From: Scyliorhinus canicula
Taxonomy: Eukaryota
Reading direction: 5' to 3'
Length of the DNA stretch: 64,000 nt
Assembly (NCBI RefSeq): GCF_902713615.1
Contig: NC_052164.1
Location: forward strand, 8,905,088 to 8,969,087
The translations under genes and the position numbers were made by a program. This document shows positions 47,208 to 61,011 of this stretch, one piece after another. The notes below the pieces were generated by a model. It was given only the letters and a program-made list of their open reading frames with translations. It did not search any database and was not told the origin of the DNA. How positions within the stretch are numbered: position 1 is the stretch's first letter; each line of letters starts with the position of its first letter.

Positions 47208-48204
47208 CTGCAATGTACAAAAAAAAAATTACAAGGCGTTAATCTAAAAGATGAAAAGCCATGAACACTTGACCAGCAAAGATAAGACATTGAGAAGTAA
47301 AATGGTATAGTTTTCTTCCCAAGAAACTGAAACTCGTAGAAACAAATCATATTTCATCCTTTATTCACCATAACCAAATATATTTCTCCCTCTCCTCTTT
47401 CCCCTCTACTCTCCAATTTTCTCCCCTGAAGGTACCACTCATGCTGTGCTACAGTATCGTCAGGATCCAGTAAGCTTTGTTATCTCATTCTTCACGAATG
47501 AAGCTAGACAATGAGCATCAAACTTGCTAATTAATCTGTGCAAAGATTCACACACCAGCCCGATCTGATTCACATCTGACATCCATGCTCTCTCTCTTCC
47601 CTCTCCCCCGCTTCCTATCTCCTCAAAGTCACTGAAAAGCAGCAAAGCTTTCTCTGAAGTTACACAAAAGCAGGAATGAAAAAGCATAAACTTAGTGGCC
47701 GACTCAGTTGCGGCGTTAGCTTCAGGACTGTTAATCTTCAATGATTAGATTCCTTCAACATTCTCTTTATACTGTGTTGCACTAAATGAAAAATATCTGC
47801 TTATCTGACAGCACCTGATATGTGCTGTTGAATTTGCAATCGTGTACTTCTGCTCCTTGAAAAGAATAACAGCACAATTATCAACCCTCTAATCAAATCA
47901 CAATGCAATGTGGCTGCAGCTTTCCATCCTACTTTGAAATGCTATTATGCGCATTTAAAATGTTGGAAGAAAAATATTAATTGGATGTTAATATTTTTGA
48001 AAATCATGCTGACTTAACGACAGGGCTGGGTTGCTCTAAGAGGCAGTTACAGCACTAAACATATTAACATAAATTGTTTATTTTCTTGTTGTCTCCCCCT
48101 CTTCTGCTGACGCTCAGGTTCCCCAGATTTAGTTCATAATTTGACCATTCATGATGCAGAAGCCTAGTATATCTCAAACCACCACCGTCAGTGTTTTTGT
48201 AATT

Positions 48205-48430
48205 TTATTTTTATAAATTTAGAGTACCCAATTCATTTTTTCCAATTAAGGGGCAATTTAGCGTGGCCAATCCACCTACCCTGCCCATCTTTGAGTTGTG
48301 GGGGCGAAACCCACGCAAACACGGGGAGAATGTGCAAACTCCACACAGACAGTGACCCAGAGCCGGGATCGAACCTGGGACCTCGGCGCCATGAGGCAGC
48401 AGTGCTAACCACGGCGCCACCGTGCTGCCC
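48205..48430 (-). mobile_element. Family B SINE
   Basis: Full length; flanks cacc(gt/ac)cagtgtttt. Confidence 0.92.
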
Positions 48431-48671
48431 TCACCACCAGTGTTTTAAAGAGCGAATGAGACAGACGGTGAGACACAAAGTATGAGTGAGAAAGCGTTTG
48501 AGACTGAGACAGGAGTTTGAGAGAAAGAGTGAGGGAAAGATCAATTGAAACAGCAAGTGAAACAGGAGTGCAAAGAAAGAGCTTTTAAGACATAGAAAAC
48601 ATTGGTAACAGTATACAAAGCTGAGCACTTAATAATTTGTCAATATGGGATTTGAACTCCGATTCCCCCCC

Positions 48672-48786
48672 CCAGTATTGCACTGAAGTGCCAGCCTGGA
48701 CAATATGCCCAAGTCTCTGGAGTGGGCCTTGAACCCACAGCCTGATGAATCAAGAGGCGGGAATGCTACCCACTGAGTCAAACTGA
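48672..48786 (-). mobile_element. DeuSINE-like tRNA-derived head fragment
   Basis: Reverse complement tcagtttgactcagtgggtagc..gggttcaaggcccactccagagacttgggcata..cagtgcaatactg. Confidence 0.55.
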
Positions 48787-48967
48787 TGCTCAACAACAGA
48801 CAATGACAAGTTGACGAGTGGCTATCTTCATTTTCCCCTCACACTGTATTGTTTACATCTGTGAGCGGAAGAACACATAGCCCTGTGTTCTAAAGTGCTC
48901 CTACCCCCTCTAAATGCATCCCTTCCCTAAAGCTTTCAGATTTAGTTGTCACGGGTGATGTACTTAC

Positions 48968-49071
48968 CCCATGTTTGACTGTTTTGGCAGCATGGGCAGC
49001 TTTCTTCTTTGCATCGTAGTGAGTTAGAATGTCAATTATCGCCATAAAGAAAACTTCCTTTCTTGGCGCAT
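48968..49071 (-). CDS. PIP4K2B: PIP4K2B penultimate coding exon
   Basis: ttccag|[36 protein letters not shown]|gtaagt; 104 nt; includes the IIDIL motif and activation loop. Confidence 0.96.
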
Positions 49072-49969
49072 CTGGAAAATTAGCCAGTATTACTGACATT
49101 AGAGAACAAGACTATTACAATTCAGTTATGATAGCAGCATCAGACTACACACGTTTCTTCCGGCGGTTTGTGCATGATAACCTGCCTCACTTTTATTTGC
49201 AGATCTTCAGAACACTCATGCAATTCTCCAAGACCCTGGTGGGTGGCAGTGGGAGACGGAACAGAACAGCTAGTGTGCTGCATATATTTCAAGCACACCG
49301 TCTAATTGGCTAACCACCATTTCTGTGACGATGGTCAATCAGATTAGAGTTTCCATCCATCACCATGGCAATCGTGCCTACATCATCAGTAATTACGCTG
49401 GCAAGCCACGGAAATATTGGCAATGATAAGAGTCAGGTCAAAAAGCCCCTGGCTTGTAGCATTTAAAATAAAACCAAAGACAATCCACATACTGCAGCAG
49501 AAACAGTTGTAACAACCCTTCCGCATATTGCAGCTGTTTGTAATGTCACAATAAATTGCAGATTGCCTTGCTCCAGCTGCTCATCTGACCTAAATATTAG
49601 GGCTATATGCAGAGTAATATATACCCTCTACTGGCTAACAAGTTATTCTCAAAATTTCTTGATTTAAGATGCCCTTTTCGTACGGATAAGCATTAAGTAA
49701 TCTCCTTGGAACAAAGGAGGCTTAGGGCAGATTTGATAAGAGGTGGATAATATCATGACAGGTTTCGGAGAGGGAGGCAGAGACAAGCTGTTCCCGTTCC
49801 CATTAGCTGATGGTACAAGGACCGAGGACACACACACACACACAGATGTGCAGTTCTGGGCAAGAGGTGCGGTGGGTGTGGATATGAGGAACAATTTTGT
49901 TTTAACGCACCGAATGCTGTGACCCGGACCTTGAAGATGATCAACGATTTCCTAAAGAAATTGAAATGA

Positions 49970-50380
49970 GGGCAGCACGGTGGCCTAGTGGTTAGCACAA
50001 CCGCCTCACGGCGCTGAGGTCCCAGGTTCGATCCCGGCTCTGGGTCACTGTCCGTGTGGAGTTTGCACATTCTCCCCCTGTCTGCGTGGGTTTCGCCCCC
50101 ACAACCCAAAAATGTGCAGAGTAGGTGGATTGGCCACGCTAAATTGCCCCTTAATAGAAAAATAATTGGGAAATCTAAATTTATAAAAAAAAAGAAATTG
50201 AAATGAAATGAAAATCGCTTATTGTCATGAGTAGGCTTCAATGAAGTTACTGTGAAAAGTCCCTAGTCGCCACATTCCGGCGCCTGTCCGGGGAGGCTGG
50301 TATGGAAATCTAACTGTGCTGCTGGCCTGCTTGGTCTGCTTTAAAGCCAGCGATTTAGCCCAGTGAGCTAAACCAGCCCC
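49970..50380. mobile_element. Family B SINE (49970-50190 +) tail-to-tail with family C SINE (50198-50380 -), both inside a CR1 3' fragment (about 49700-50450)
   Basis: B TSD aaagaaattgaaatga at 49954-49969 and 50191-50206. Confidence 0.9.
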
Positions 50381-51499
50381 TAATTGGATGGGCACTTGAG
50401 GGGAGTAAACTTGGAGGGCCAATGGGATAGAGTGGACCAATCACCAATGAGACTGACTGGACAGCCAAGCGCAGATTTTGTATGTAGATTTTTAAAAATA
50501 ACCACACATATTAATATACCCGAGGAAGCTCATTCTTATAAAACTTTAAAATACAATATAAGCTGAGCAAGTTGCTGTGATAATCAAACAGCAGGTGAAT
50601 ATTTCAAATATTAAACCTATATCAGAGACCACCCAGCTGTACCAACTCCCAAAGGTCACCCTTTTAGGGAGGTTGTACCATGTGCTCTTCTGAACTTCTA
50701 ATTTTCCAAATAGCTTCATTCAATTTAAACCCAATCTTGTGAACCAGGAACAACAGTGAGGGCATCTGGTTTACAGATGCTCAAAGTAAAATTGCCCATT
50801 TTACTTAATTTTAACCAATCATGTTATTTGTCCAGTTGTTAATGACTTCCAAACAAACAAGCTGGTTACGAACAGCATCCCCATTAGTTACCGCACAACA
50901 GTCAGGTCCACCTGCTACCCATTATGCTTTTCTAATTAATGTGCCACACATTGCGCTCAGATTTTTCAGACACATTGTCTGCTTCTCATTTTCGTTCAGA
51001 TTTTGTTCCCGAGATGAGGATTTTTTTTTTTTCATCTTCAAGCAACGGGTTTTAAAATGGAGCGGGTCATTAGGCTCCTTCCAAGGGCACTAAGAATCGG
51101 CGGCTGGACTCGTTTCGGTGGGATGGCTAGGGGGTAGCACCGTCCCTCTCTGGGATGGCAGCCGTGACGCAGGGTCTGCAATCCCACAGCATTTTACCTC
51201 AAGGTTTTATTTCACATTTATTTCACAAGCTTCCAGATTGTCAATCTAGTATCTTAACCACTCTACTGTGGATAGCCCCTATCACATCTTAAGGAAGTAT
51301 CCCTGACCAAGGCAATTCAGCAAACTTTAATTCATGCAGGAGATTTGTGCAGGCCCTCTCATTGTAACATTACATCGGTTCTTAAATGCTTCCAGCCTAT
51401 TTCCACCGCCATAATATCACCTGATTTTGGTCCTGCCTAATTTCATGTGCTGCTGAAACCTTCATCCTTTGTTACATCCAGGCAACTATTTCAATGCAC

Positions 51500-52585
51500 C
51501 ATTGGCTGGTCCTTCATGTTCCATCCTCTAAAAACTTTTTATTTTTTTAAAAATCTAGAGTACCCAATTCATTTTTTCCCAATTAAGGGGCAATTTAGCG
51601 TGGCCAATCTACCTAGCCTGCACATCTTTGGGTTGTGGGGGCGAAACATACTCAAACACGGGGAGAATGTGCAAACTCCACACGGACAGTGACCCAGAGC
51701 CGGGATCGAAACTGAGACCTCGGCGCCGTGAGACAGCAGTGCTAACCACTGCGCCACCGTGCTGCCCCCATCCTCTGAAAACTTGAGGTCATCCAACACT
51801 CTGGTGCCCATGTCCTAACTCTCACCAATCCTGTGCTCGCTGACTATATTTTTCTCCAATTAAGGGGCAATTTAGCGTGGCCAATCCACCTAAGTGGCAC
51901 ATGTTTGGGTTGTGGGGCTGAAACCCACACACTGTTCTCGCTGACTTACATTGGCTCCAATCAAGCAACACCTTGATTTTAAAATTGTCATCATTATTTT
52001 CAAATCCCTTCATGGTTTCTTCCCTCCCCAACTCTATAATCTCCTACAACCCCCGCCCCACCAGCCACTCTGAGATATCTGCACTCATCTAATCTGGTCT
52101 GCTGAGCAACCCCAATTTTAACCCCTCCACCATTATTGGCCATGTTTTCAGCTGCCTGGGCCCTTCCTAATCTTTTCCACCTCATTGTCTTCCTTTAAAA
52201 CTTTCCTAAAACCAACCTCCTTGTGCAAGCTTTTACACATATGCCCTGATACTGCACAAGTGGTTCAATGTCTAACTTTGCCTTTGTAAAGGGTGGCACA
52301 TGGCACAGTGGTTAGCACTGCTGCCTCACGGCACCGAGGACCGTTTCGATCCAACCCTGGGTCACTGTCCGTGTGGAGTTTGCACATTCTCCTCGTGTCT
52401 GCGTGGGTTTCACCCCCACAACCCAAAGATGTGCAGGGTAGGTGGATTGGCCACGCTAAATTACCCCTTAATTGGAAAAACAAAATAATTGGATACTCTA
52501 AAAAAAAAATTTTTTAAACTTTGATTTGTAACACACCTGTGAAGTGCCTTGGGACATTCCATTATGTTAAACTTAAATATAATTT
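51500..52585 (+). mobile_element. Decayed L2 3' region with three nested family B SINEs (51538-51767 -, 51847-51931 -, 52291-52515 +)
   Basis: PVLADLHWL..DFKI motif after removing inserts; TSDs ccatcctct(a/g)aaaactt (51521/51768) and ctgt(g/t)ctcgctgact (51831/51932). Confidence 0.8.
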
Positions 52586-53297
52586 CTTGTTGGTTTTTGC
52601 ACCACTATTCTTCCTGGAAATGTATCCCCCAATAAACTCTAAATCAATAAGATATGTATCCTAACCTCATAACTCAGACGCAACATTACGGACCAGCCAC
52701 ACGGCTCTACACTGTACTGTCTCCTGTCCTTGAACATTTACCTTGCTTCTTAGCAACATCAACTGAACACTAAGGTATGATCTGAGGTAGGATTATAAAT
52801 TTTGACCACTATCTGCTCTGACTGTTTTACCTATGCAGTTTGACTTTCAAATAGCTTTTTTGATGTTGTTCTGTGGTGGATAGACATGCTTAACACAGAG
52901 TCTTTTTTCAGTATCATCCTCAGCTATTGCAACACTAATCAGGGGGATTCACACAATGTCTATTTTTCCTTCCCAAACTCAATAATTTCAACAACTCAAC
53001 ATCTTTAATTTCCCATTGTTCTGCCTAAATACACGTTTTGTCCAACTGTTACCTCTTAAGCCATTCACAAACATTTTCCTGCGCTAATGGCAGGGAGCAC
53101 CAATGTAGTACTGAGTTATTATGATCATTGTTCAGCCATGTCTTCTTGTCAACAGACTGCTGGGGATCCCTATGGATCACAGGGAAAAACATTTCGCAAT
53201 ACAGGCCATTTGTTGTCAAGCCACATTTGCTGTTTGTTTAGGCAAATCAGGAGCGATTCTTAGAAACTTTCTGCAGAACAAGATCCTGCAAACAGCG

Positions 53298-53600
53298 TAA
53301 CAATAATAATCTTTATTGTCACAAGTAGCCTTACATTAACGCTGCAATGAAATTACTGTGAAAATCCCCTGGTCGCCACATTCCGGTGCCTGTTCGGGTA
53401 CACAGATGGAACAGAATTCAGAATGTCCAAATTACCTAACACCACGTCTTACGGGTCTTGTGGGAGGAAACCGGAGCACCCGGAGGAAACCCACGCAGAC
53501 ACGGGGAGAACGTGCAGATTCCGCACAGACAGTGACCCAAGCCGAAAATCGAACCTGGGAACCTGGTGCTGTGAAACAATAGTGCTAACCACTGTGCTAG
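53298..53600 (-). mobile_element. Family D SINE
   Basis: V-SINE head plus ..cagtaatttcattgcagcgttaatgtaaggctacttgtgacaataaagattattatt tail. Confidence 0.9.
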
Positions 53601-53789
53601 CGAGTCGCCTTCACCTGTATCTAATCGTCGTGTACTTGAAAGTGTGAGTGGGAACGAGTATGTGAGATTTTTGCATTGTGATGAATGATCAATTAATCTG
53701 GGTTGTTTTTGGGCGATGTTGGCTGAGGGAGGAGTGTGATTGAGGCACCGGGAACTGCCTGTTCTGATTTGAGTTTTCTCATTTTGTTT

Positions 53790-53958
53790 CTGGGAAGTAG
53801 GTATCGCTGGCTAGGTCAGCATTTATTGCCCATCCTTGATTGCCCTCGAAAAGGTATTCGTAAACCGCTGTCCATATAATCCATGGAGTGTAGGTACACC
53901 CACAGTGCTGTTGGGGAGGGAGTTCCAGGATTTTGACCCAGTGACAGTGAAGGATGAA
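53790..53958 (-). mobile_element. CR1/L2-group LINE 3' end (second copy at 55895-56020)
   Basis: FTVTGSKSWNSLPNSTVGVPT and gggcaataaatgctg tail. Confidence 0.65.
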
Positions 53959-54917
53959 GCCACGTGGACCCTTTCACAACCACCGAAATAGGCCGGTGGG
54001 ACCCAACACTCCCTCAACACTGCGCTGGCATCGTGATCAGATGGAACGGTTGAAAATAAAACATCTTTTAAAATCTGAACAACGGTTGTAACTTTTAAAC
54101 AAGTTAAACTTAAAAACAAGTACAAGAAAAACGCCAAAGGTGAAATCTGAAATAAATGAAGAAAATATTGAAATGGACCAATGTGGTTCTGAAAGAAAAA
54201 TAAGATTTATGATTCCTTAACAGCAACCACTCCACCAGCTTTAATTAAAACGTTCACCCAAGTTTCACGCCTGCTGTGTTAACTTCCTTGCATGAGGTGC
54301 CAAATGAGTTGCTATGTATCTCCATCCTGACAATTATTTAAATGAAGATCATGTATGTTTTTGTGACTCTAAAGGTCAGAAAACATTTAGGAAGTCTATC
54401 ACTGTACAAAGGAGCACCCATTGTCGGAACAATCAAGTTTCACTCAAGTCAGCTACAGTTCCTCCACACCACCTCCTCTACCCATCAGAGGCAGCAATAG
54501 ACTCTGATGCAGATATATTAGACAGCAGAAATTCCCAGGCCTCCTGCAGCAAGCATCAAACAAATCGTGCCACTGTCTTTGACCTGCTATCCCACAGTGA
54601 CTGCTGATATTACAGTTTAGGCAAAAAAGACCAAGATAAACAATATTTTCCATTAGTTCTGACAGTGCACCTCATTTTGCTTGCCAAATGTAACAAACCC
54701 ATATAAAAGTCAATGAAAACAAATGTACAGCTGGAAGCAATATGCCTCAATTAACACTTACGTCACCCTCTGCTAAACTGTGATACCACAGACGTGTAAA
54801 ATGCTAAACAGCCAAAGCTAGGATGAGGTGCTGTATTCCGAATCACCTTGCCTTAATCGATCCCATCTCAAAAAGATTAACAAATTTAGATTTCACCTTT
54901 TAACATAGCAAAACTTT

Positions 54918-55122
54918 GTAGCACTGCTGCCTCACGGCGCCAAGGGCCCCGGGTTCGATCCCGGCCCCGGGTCACTGTCTGTGTGGAGTTTGCATATTCT
55001 CCCCGTGTCTGCGTGGGTTTCACCTCCACAACCCAAAGATGTGCAGGGTAGGTGGATTGGCCACGCTAAATTGCCCATTAATTGGAAAAAATGAATTGGG
55101 TACTCTAAATCTATATTTAAAT
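54918..55122 (+). mobile_element. Family B SINE, slightly 5'-truncated
   Basis: Flanks atag(c/t)aaaactt. Confidence 0.9.
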
Positions 55123-55254
55123 AATAGTAAAACTTCCCAAGGCACGTCACAGAAGTGATATCAAACAAAATATGACACCGAGCCAGATAAGATGTTCGGA
55201 GGACGGTGACTAAAAGCTTAGTCCAACAGGTAGGTTTTAACGAACAGCTCACGG

Positions 55255-55543
55255 GGGTGGCATGGTGGCACAGTGGTTAGCACAGTTGCTTCACAGTGCA
55301 ACTGTGAAGGTTCGGTTCGATTCCCGCTTGGGTTACTGGCTATGTGGAGTCCGCACACTCTCCCCGTGTCAGGGTGGATTACCTCCGGGTGTTCCGGTTT
55401 CCTCCCACAAGTCCTGAAATACGTGCTGTTTGGTGATTCAGAAGTTCTGATCAGGCGCCAGAATGTGGCGACTTGGGGCTTTTCACAGTAACCTCACTGA
55501 AGTGTTAATGTAAGCCGACTCGTGACAATAAAGATTATTATTA
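55255..55543 (+). mobile_element. Family D SINE (internally deleted)
   Basis: V head plus gaatgtggcgacttggggcttttcacagtaac..gacaataaagattattatt. Confidence 0.85.
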
Positions 55544-56156
55544 AGGGAGGAGAGAGGTACAGAGGTTTAGGGAAGGACTTACGGAGCTTTAGGGTACACT
55601 TAAAACTGAGCAGCTGAGACTTTGAGCCGCACTGTAAGACCAACAGAAAGGCATGTGTAGGGGGGCGCAGTGGTTAGCACTGCGGCCTCACGGCACCGAG
55701 ATCCTGGAACCCCGTGATTTCAGGACATCTTTTTCCTCAGTTCGGCCTGGCGAGTCGGGACACTTCCCAACTCCCGCCACCCACCTCTAACATGAAAATA
55801 CATCCACGGTGGTCAGACATCAGGGTTTCTAGTGTTGGGGTGAAGGCATAGATAGAGGGAGCACTACTTTGCATTTAGTCTTTCCTTTCATTCATTCCTG
55901 GGATATGGGCGTCCCTGGCCAGGCCAGCACTTATTGCCTGTCCCTAACTGCCCCTCGAGAAGGTGGAGGGGAGCCACTTCCAGAACCGCTGCATTCTGGC
56001 TGATGGAGGTGCACCAACAGTACTCTGCCAAACCTGATCTGTGAATGCTAATTAGAAACACCAAAGAGAACTGCTCCGTCCCCAGTAATGACAATCCTTG
56101 ACAAATGTTTTTAGACATTTCGCAATCTTACAAAAACATGTAAAATGCCAGATCAT

Positions 56157-56375
56157 GGGCGGCACGGCGGCGCAGTGGTTAGCACTGCTGCCTCACGAGC
56201 TGAAGTCCCAGGTTCACTCCCGGTTCTGGGTCACTGTCCGTGTGGAGTTTGCACATTCTCCCCGTGTCTGCGTGGGTTTCACCCCCACAACCCAAAGATC
56301 TGCAGGTTAGGTGGCCACACTAAATTGCCCCTTAATTGGAAAGAATGAATTGGGTACTCTAAATTTATTTTTTTT
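56157..56375 (+). mobile_element. Family B SINE with 15-bp TSD
   Basis: TSD aaaat(g/a)ccagatcat at 56142-56156 and 56376-56390. Confidence 0.92.
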
Positions 56376-56617
56376 AAAATACCAGATCATTAATTGAGAA
56401 TAAATAAGTATTTGTATATGTTTTCCCAGTAATAATTTGCTTTTTGATAACACGGAAATATTATTCAAAGAATAGCAGGGGGATTTTCTTCAGATGTAGG
56501 TGGCAGTGGCAAATTCTCATCAGTTCCCTTGAAAGAGTGGCAGTGGGCCTTTCCCCGTCATCATTGCAGTCCCTGTACTGATGGTGCTCCCACGATGGCA
56601 TCAAGTATCAAAACAAA

Positions 56618-56847
56618 GGGCAGCACGGTGGCGCAGTGGTTAGCACTGCTGCCTCACGGCGCTGAGGCCCCAGGTTCAATCCCGGCTCTGGGTCACTGTC
56701 CGTGTGGAGTTTGCACATTCTCCCCGTGTTTGCGTGGGTTTCGCCCCCACAACCCAAAGAAGTTCAGGGCAGGTGGATTGGCCACACCAAACTGCCCCTT
56801 AATTGGAAAAAGTGAATTGGGTAAGGTAAAATTTGAAACAAAAAACA
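56618..56847 (+). mobile_element. Family B SINE with 13-bp TSD
   Basis: TSD aagtatcaaaaca at 56603-56615 and 56848-56860. Confidence 0.92.
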
Positions 56848-56902
56848 AAGTATCAAAACATCTCTAAACTAAAAAATTATAAGTTTGGAACAATCTGCTT
56901 AC

Positions 56903-57158
56903 TGTCGTGGCTTTTTATGGCATATACATCAACTGTTGGATCAAACTCTCCTGGTCCAAAGATCCGTGGGAAATTCAACATGTTTCCAGGACTGTCTGGT
57001 GGAGTTCCATATGAGCCAACTGGATGGCCCATTCCATCGTTTTCACAATCTTCTTCATCACCTTTCTCTTCCACTTCCATCTCTTCTTGTTCAGCACGAT
57101 CCACATCATGGATGCCAACTAACAGACTGTAATCCATGATTTTCAGCTGTGCTAAAAA
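56903..57158 (-). CDS. PIP4K2B: PIP4K2B coding exon (kinase insert region)
   Basis: tag|[69 protein letters not shown]|gtaagc; 256 nt; MDYSLL catalytic motif and beta-isoform-like insert. Confidence 0.96.
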
Positions 57159-57759
57159 CTATTAAGAGAAATAAATAAAGCAAAGTTAGGTGCTCAAAGT
57201 ACCTGCTCACAACCTTCACTGGGGCAATGGAGTGCGACTGCTCATAGGTTCAGTTAACTCTGGGAGTTTATCTTAGATAACCCATCAAATCGCAAAACAA
57301 AAAACAACATCTTGCTTCAACTCTGCTGTGTATTCTGAAGAATGCCTTGTTGCAAAACAGAGACTCATTGTAGTGCACCAGACATTGCACAGTATATTTA
57401 TTAGCCACCTTTATGGAACATGAGATCACACCATTCAAGCCAAGACCTGATGGTGAGTCAGTGCAGCTGGCTTCAACTTGAAAGCAGATTTTCTGGGACC
57501 CTCCAAGGCTCATGTCCAGATGACCTAAAGAGTCTGCTGACCTTGATGAATATCGACAAGTCTTCCTTTGGGCTGCAAGAGCCATGCACTATGCAACAGG
57601 AACTGGCATCATCAATATGGGCCAAAGCACAATATAAAAGCAATCATTGGTGCATAGTTTATTCCAGCTCCATTGATGCTGACTGCAGTGACAGGACCAT
57701 TGAAGATAACTCGGAGCATTTAGATCAAGGCTGTAGGGCGATAGTTTGTGGATTGTGTG

Positions 57760-58122
57760 AACAAACAAAGAACAATACAGCACTGGAGCAGGCCCTTCGG
57801 CCCTCCAAGCCTGTACCGGTCATGATACCAACCTTTGCCAAAACCCTCAGCACTTTCTTGTGCTGTATCCCATTATACCCATCCTATCCACATGTTTGTC
57901 AAGATGCCTTTTGAACGCCGTTAATGTATCTGCTTTCACAACCTCCCCTGGCAAAGCGTTCCAGGCACTCACCACCCAATGCGTGAAAATCCTGCCTCGC
58001 ACATCTCCTCTAAACTTTGCCCCATGGACCTTAAGCCTATGCCCCCTGATAACTGATCCCTCCACATTGGGAAAGAGTGCTTCCCCATCCACTCTATTCA
58101 TGCCCCTCATAATCTTGTAGAC
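57760..58122 (-). mobile_element. CR1 3' end
   Basis: MRGMNRVDGEALFPNVEGSVIRGHRLKVHGAKFRGDVRGRIFTHWVVSAWNALP. Confidence 0.92.
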
Positions 58123-58540
58123 CTAATCTTGAGTATCTAGTAAAGCTGGTACATCCCAAAATGTTCATTAGTATTGGATCAACATGACTGGGTCAGAGCT
58201 TCTGGTGAGGAACACAGGCATGTCGGAACATGAGGCCATTCAGCCCCAAAATTTCATTTTGCCATTCAATTATATCACAGCTAATCTATATGTTAACTCT
58301 ATCTACCTGCCTTGGAAGAAAAGAGAAATTGTTGCTTGTATCAAAGGCTAAGTGACACAATTTCCGAGATTCAAAAACCCAAAATAGGAGTCAAGTACTC
58401 AACAGGCACAAGAGGCAAATGCATAATCAAGTGTCGGGTCACCATACGATTAAACATATATCCTATCTAAAAATGTTTGCATGCACTGAGTTTCTCAGTG
58501 GTCTCAAGTTTCTACGTAGTAAATTGCAATGATAACTGAC

Positions 58541-58654
58541 CTCAACATCACGCTTGAGTTTGTCCAAAAACATCTTTTTATTTTCATCTCCAATTTGAAT
58601 TCTCTGTCCTTCATTTAGGAAATCATTGTCCTTCAGTGTTGGTAATTCCTTAGC
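58541..58654 (-). CDS. PIP4K2B: PIP4K2B coding exon
   Basis: ctacag|[38 protein letters not shown]|gtcagt; 114 nt, phase 0/0. Confidence 0.96.
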
Positions 58655-59149
58655 CTGTAGCAAAACAAAACAGAGACCGCACTCAAATATAAAGCACTTT
58701 CCAGAATGGATTATACATTGGGATCAATCCTATTTTTTGAAAAAAACCTTATTTGTGGGATATAGGCAACACGGCACAGTTACCTTCATTGACCCTTATT
58801 AGTTGCCTTGAATATTGCATATCTGTTAATTCATTGGTTTTCCAAATGCGAGGTTTGCTACACCATTTCAAATAGCACTTCAGAAGTCAAGTGTCCAGTT
58901 GCGTTTAGTCCAACTAGTTCTCTAATGCCCTTCAAAAAAGAGAATCTACCCTCTTACCCACTTGTAGACTACAATGGGTAAGGGTGGCAACGTTCCCTTT
59001 TCTGTAGGTCATCAGAGAACGAGTTAGGAATTTGGCAAAGCCCAGCAGTACACCGCTTTAAGTTCTTTACGCACATATTCTAAAGCCTGTGGCATCTGAA
59101 CTGTGACAGACGTGTGCTACGCATGGGATTATGACAACAGTTTGCATTT

Positions 59150-59340
59150 GGGCTGGTTTAGCACACTGGGCTAAATCACTGGCTTTTAAAGCAGACCAAG
59201 CAGGCCAGCAGCACGGTTCAATTCCCGTACCAGCCTCCCCAGACAGGCACCGGAAAGTGGCGACTAGGGGCTTTTCACAGTAACTTCATTGAAGCCTACT
59301 CGTGGCAATAAGCGATTTTCATTTCATTTTTCATTTTCAT
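59150..59340 (+). mobile_element. Family C SINE with (CATTT)n tail
   Basis: gggctggtttagcacactgggctaaat..ggcaataagcgattttcatttcatttttcatttt. Confidence 0.9.
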
Positions 59341-60514
59341 ATATGCCTTTAGAATCACAAAATGTTCCAAGGAACTTCAGAGGAGCTATCAAACAGTCAC
59401 GTAACAGGATATTAGGACAGGTAACCAAAGCTTGGACAAAAATGTAGGTTTCAAGAAGTGTCTTACAGGAAAGATAGGTAGAGAAATGAAAAGATTAGAG
59501 TCATTAGAGTTTTATAGCACAGAAAGAGTCCCTTCAGCCCATTGTGTCCATGTCGGCCATCAAGCACCTATCTATTCTAATCTTATTTTCTAGCACTTGG
59601 TCAGTAGCCTTGTGCGCTATGGTGTTTCAAGTGCTCATCTAAATTTATGGAGGGAACTTCATAGTTTAGGGCTCAGTATGGCCATCCATGGTGGAATGAC
59701 TAATATCAGGGATGTGCAAATTACATAGTTTGCTTTAAGGTATCTCCATCTGAAGAAAAATATTGGTTATCGTATAGACTGGGAAGGGTGAAAATGTTTT
59801 CCAAATCGCCATAGTGTGAGGGACCCACCATTCTTGAGTTCACTTATTTTAGCAAAAATGTAGGCATGCTTGGCTTCTCCTGCTCTCCAGGTAGCCATGG
59901 GTATAGCTTGGGAGTTTCAATACCAATACTGATGCTTCAACTGTGCCTCAACAATGAAAGTAACCACAACAGACATCAGTAGTATGGACACATGCTCAAT
60001 AGGAGGATGCCATGCATGTAAACAGTTGTATCACATGGGAAATTACAGTCAGAATTGGAGTTGCTCAGGCCAGACACAGTTACACTGCTGCCACCTCAAG
60101 TATCTTGAAAAAGTGGCGATGCTTTACATGCAGATTTAGATTGTGAACATCAGTGGGCACTTGTCCATGAGACACGTAAGGAAGGATAAAAACGAGTCAC
60201 TTATTGTAGCACTGTAGGTCTGACTGTAACAGGTTTTTTGTGAATCTAGAGATGATGTGATTTGCCAAACCGCAGTTCTGTTTTGTACTCTTTCAGATTA
60301 TAAAGAAGTAATCGGACAGGTTTTCTGAATTTCTCAGAATCCCGACAGTGTAGGAGGCCATTCGGCCCATCGGGGCTACACCGACCATCTGAAAGGCCCC
60401 CATGTCCTCACTCTATCCCCATAACCCCACCTAGCCTTTTGGACATTAAGGGGCAATTTAGCGAATCTTCTGATCTTTGATCTCTCTGCCTTGGTAAAAC
60501 AGTTAATAAAAGTC

Positions 60515-61011
<497 letters not shown>

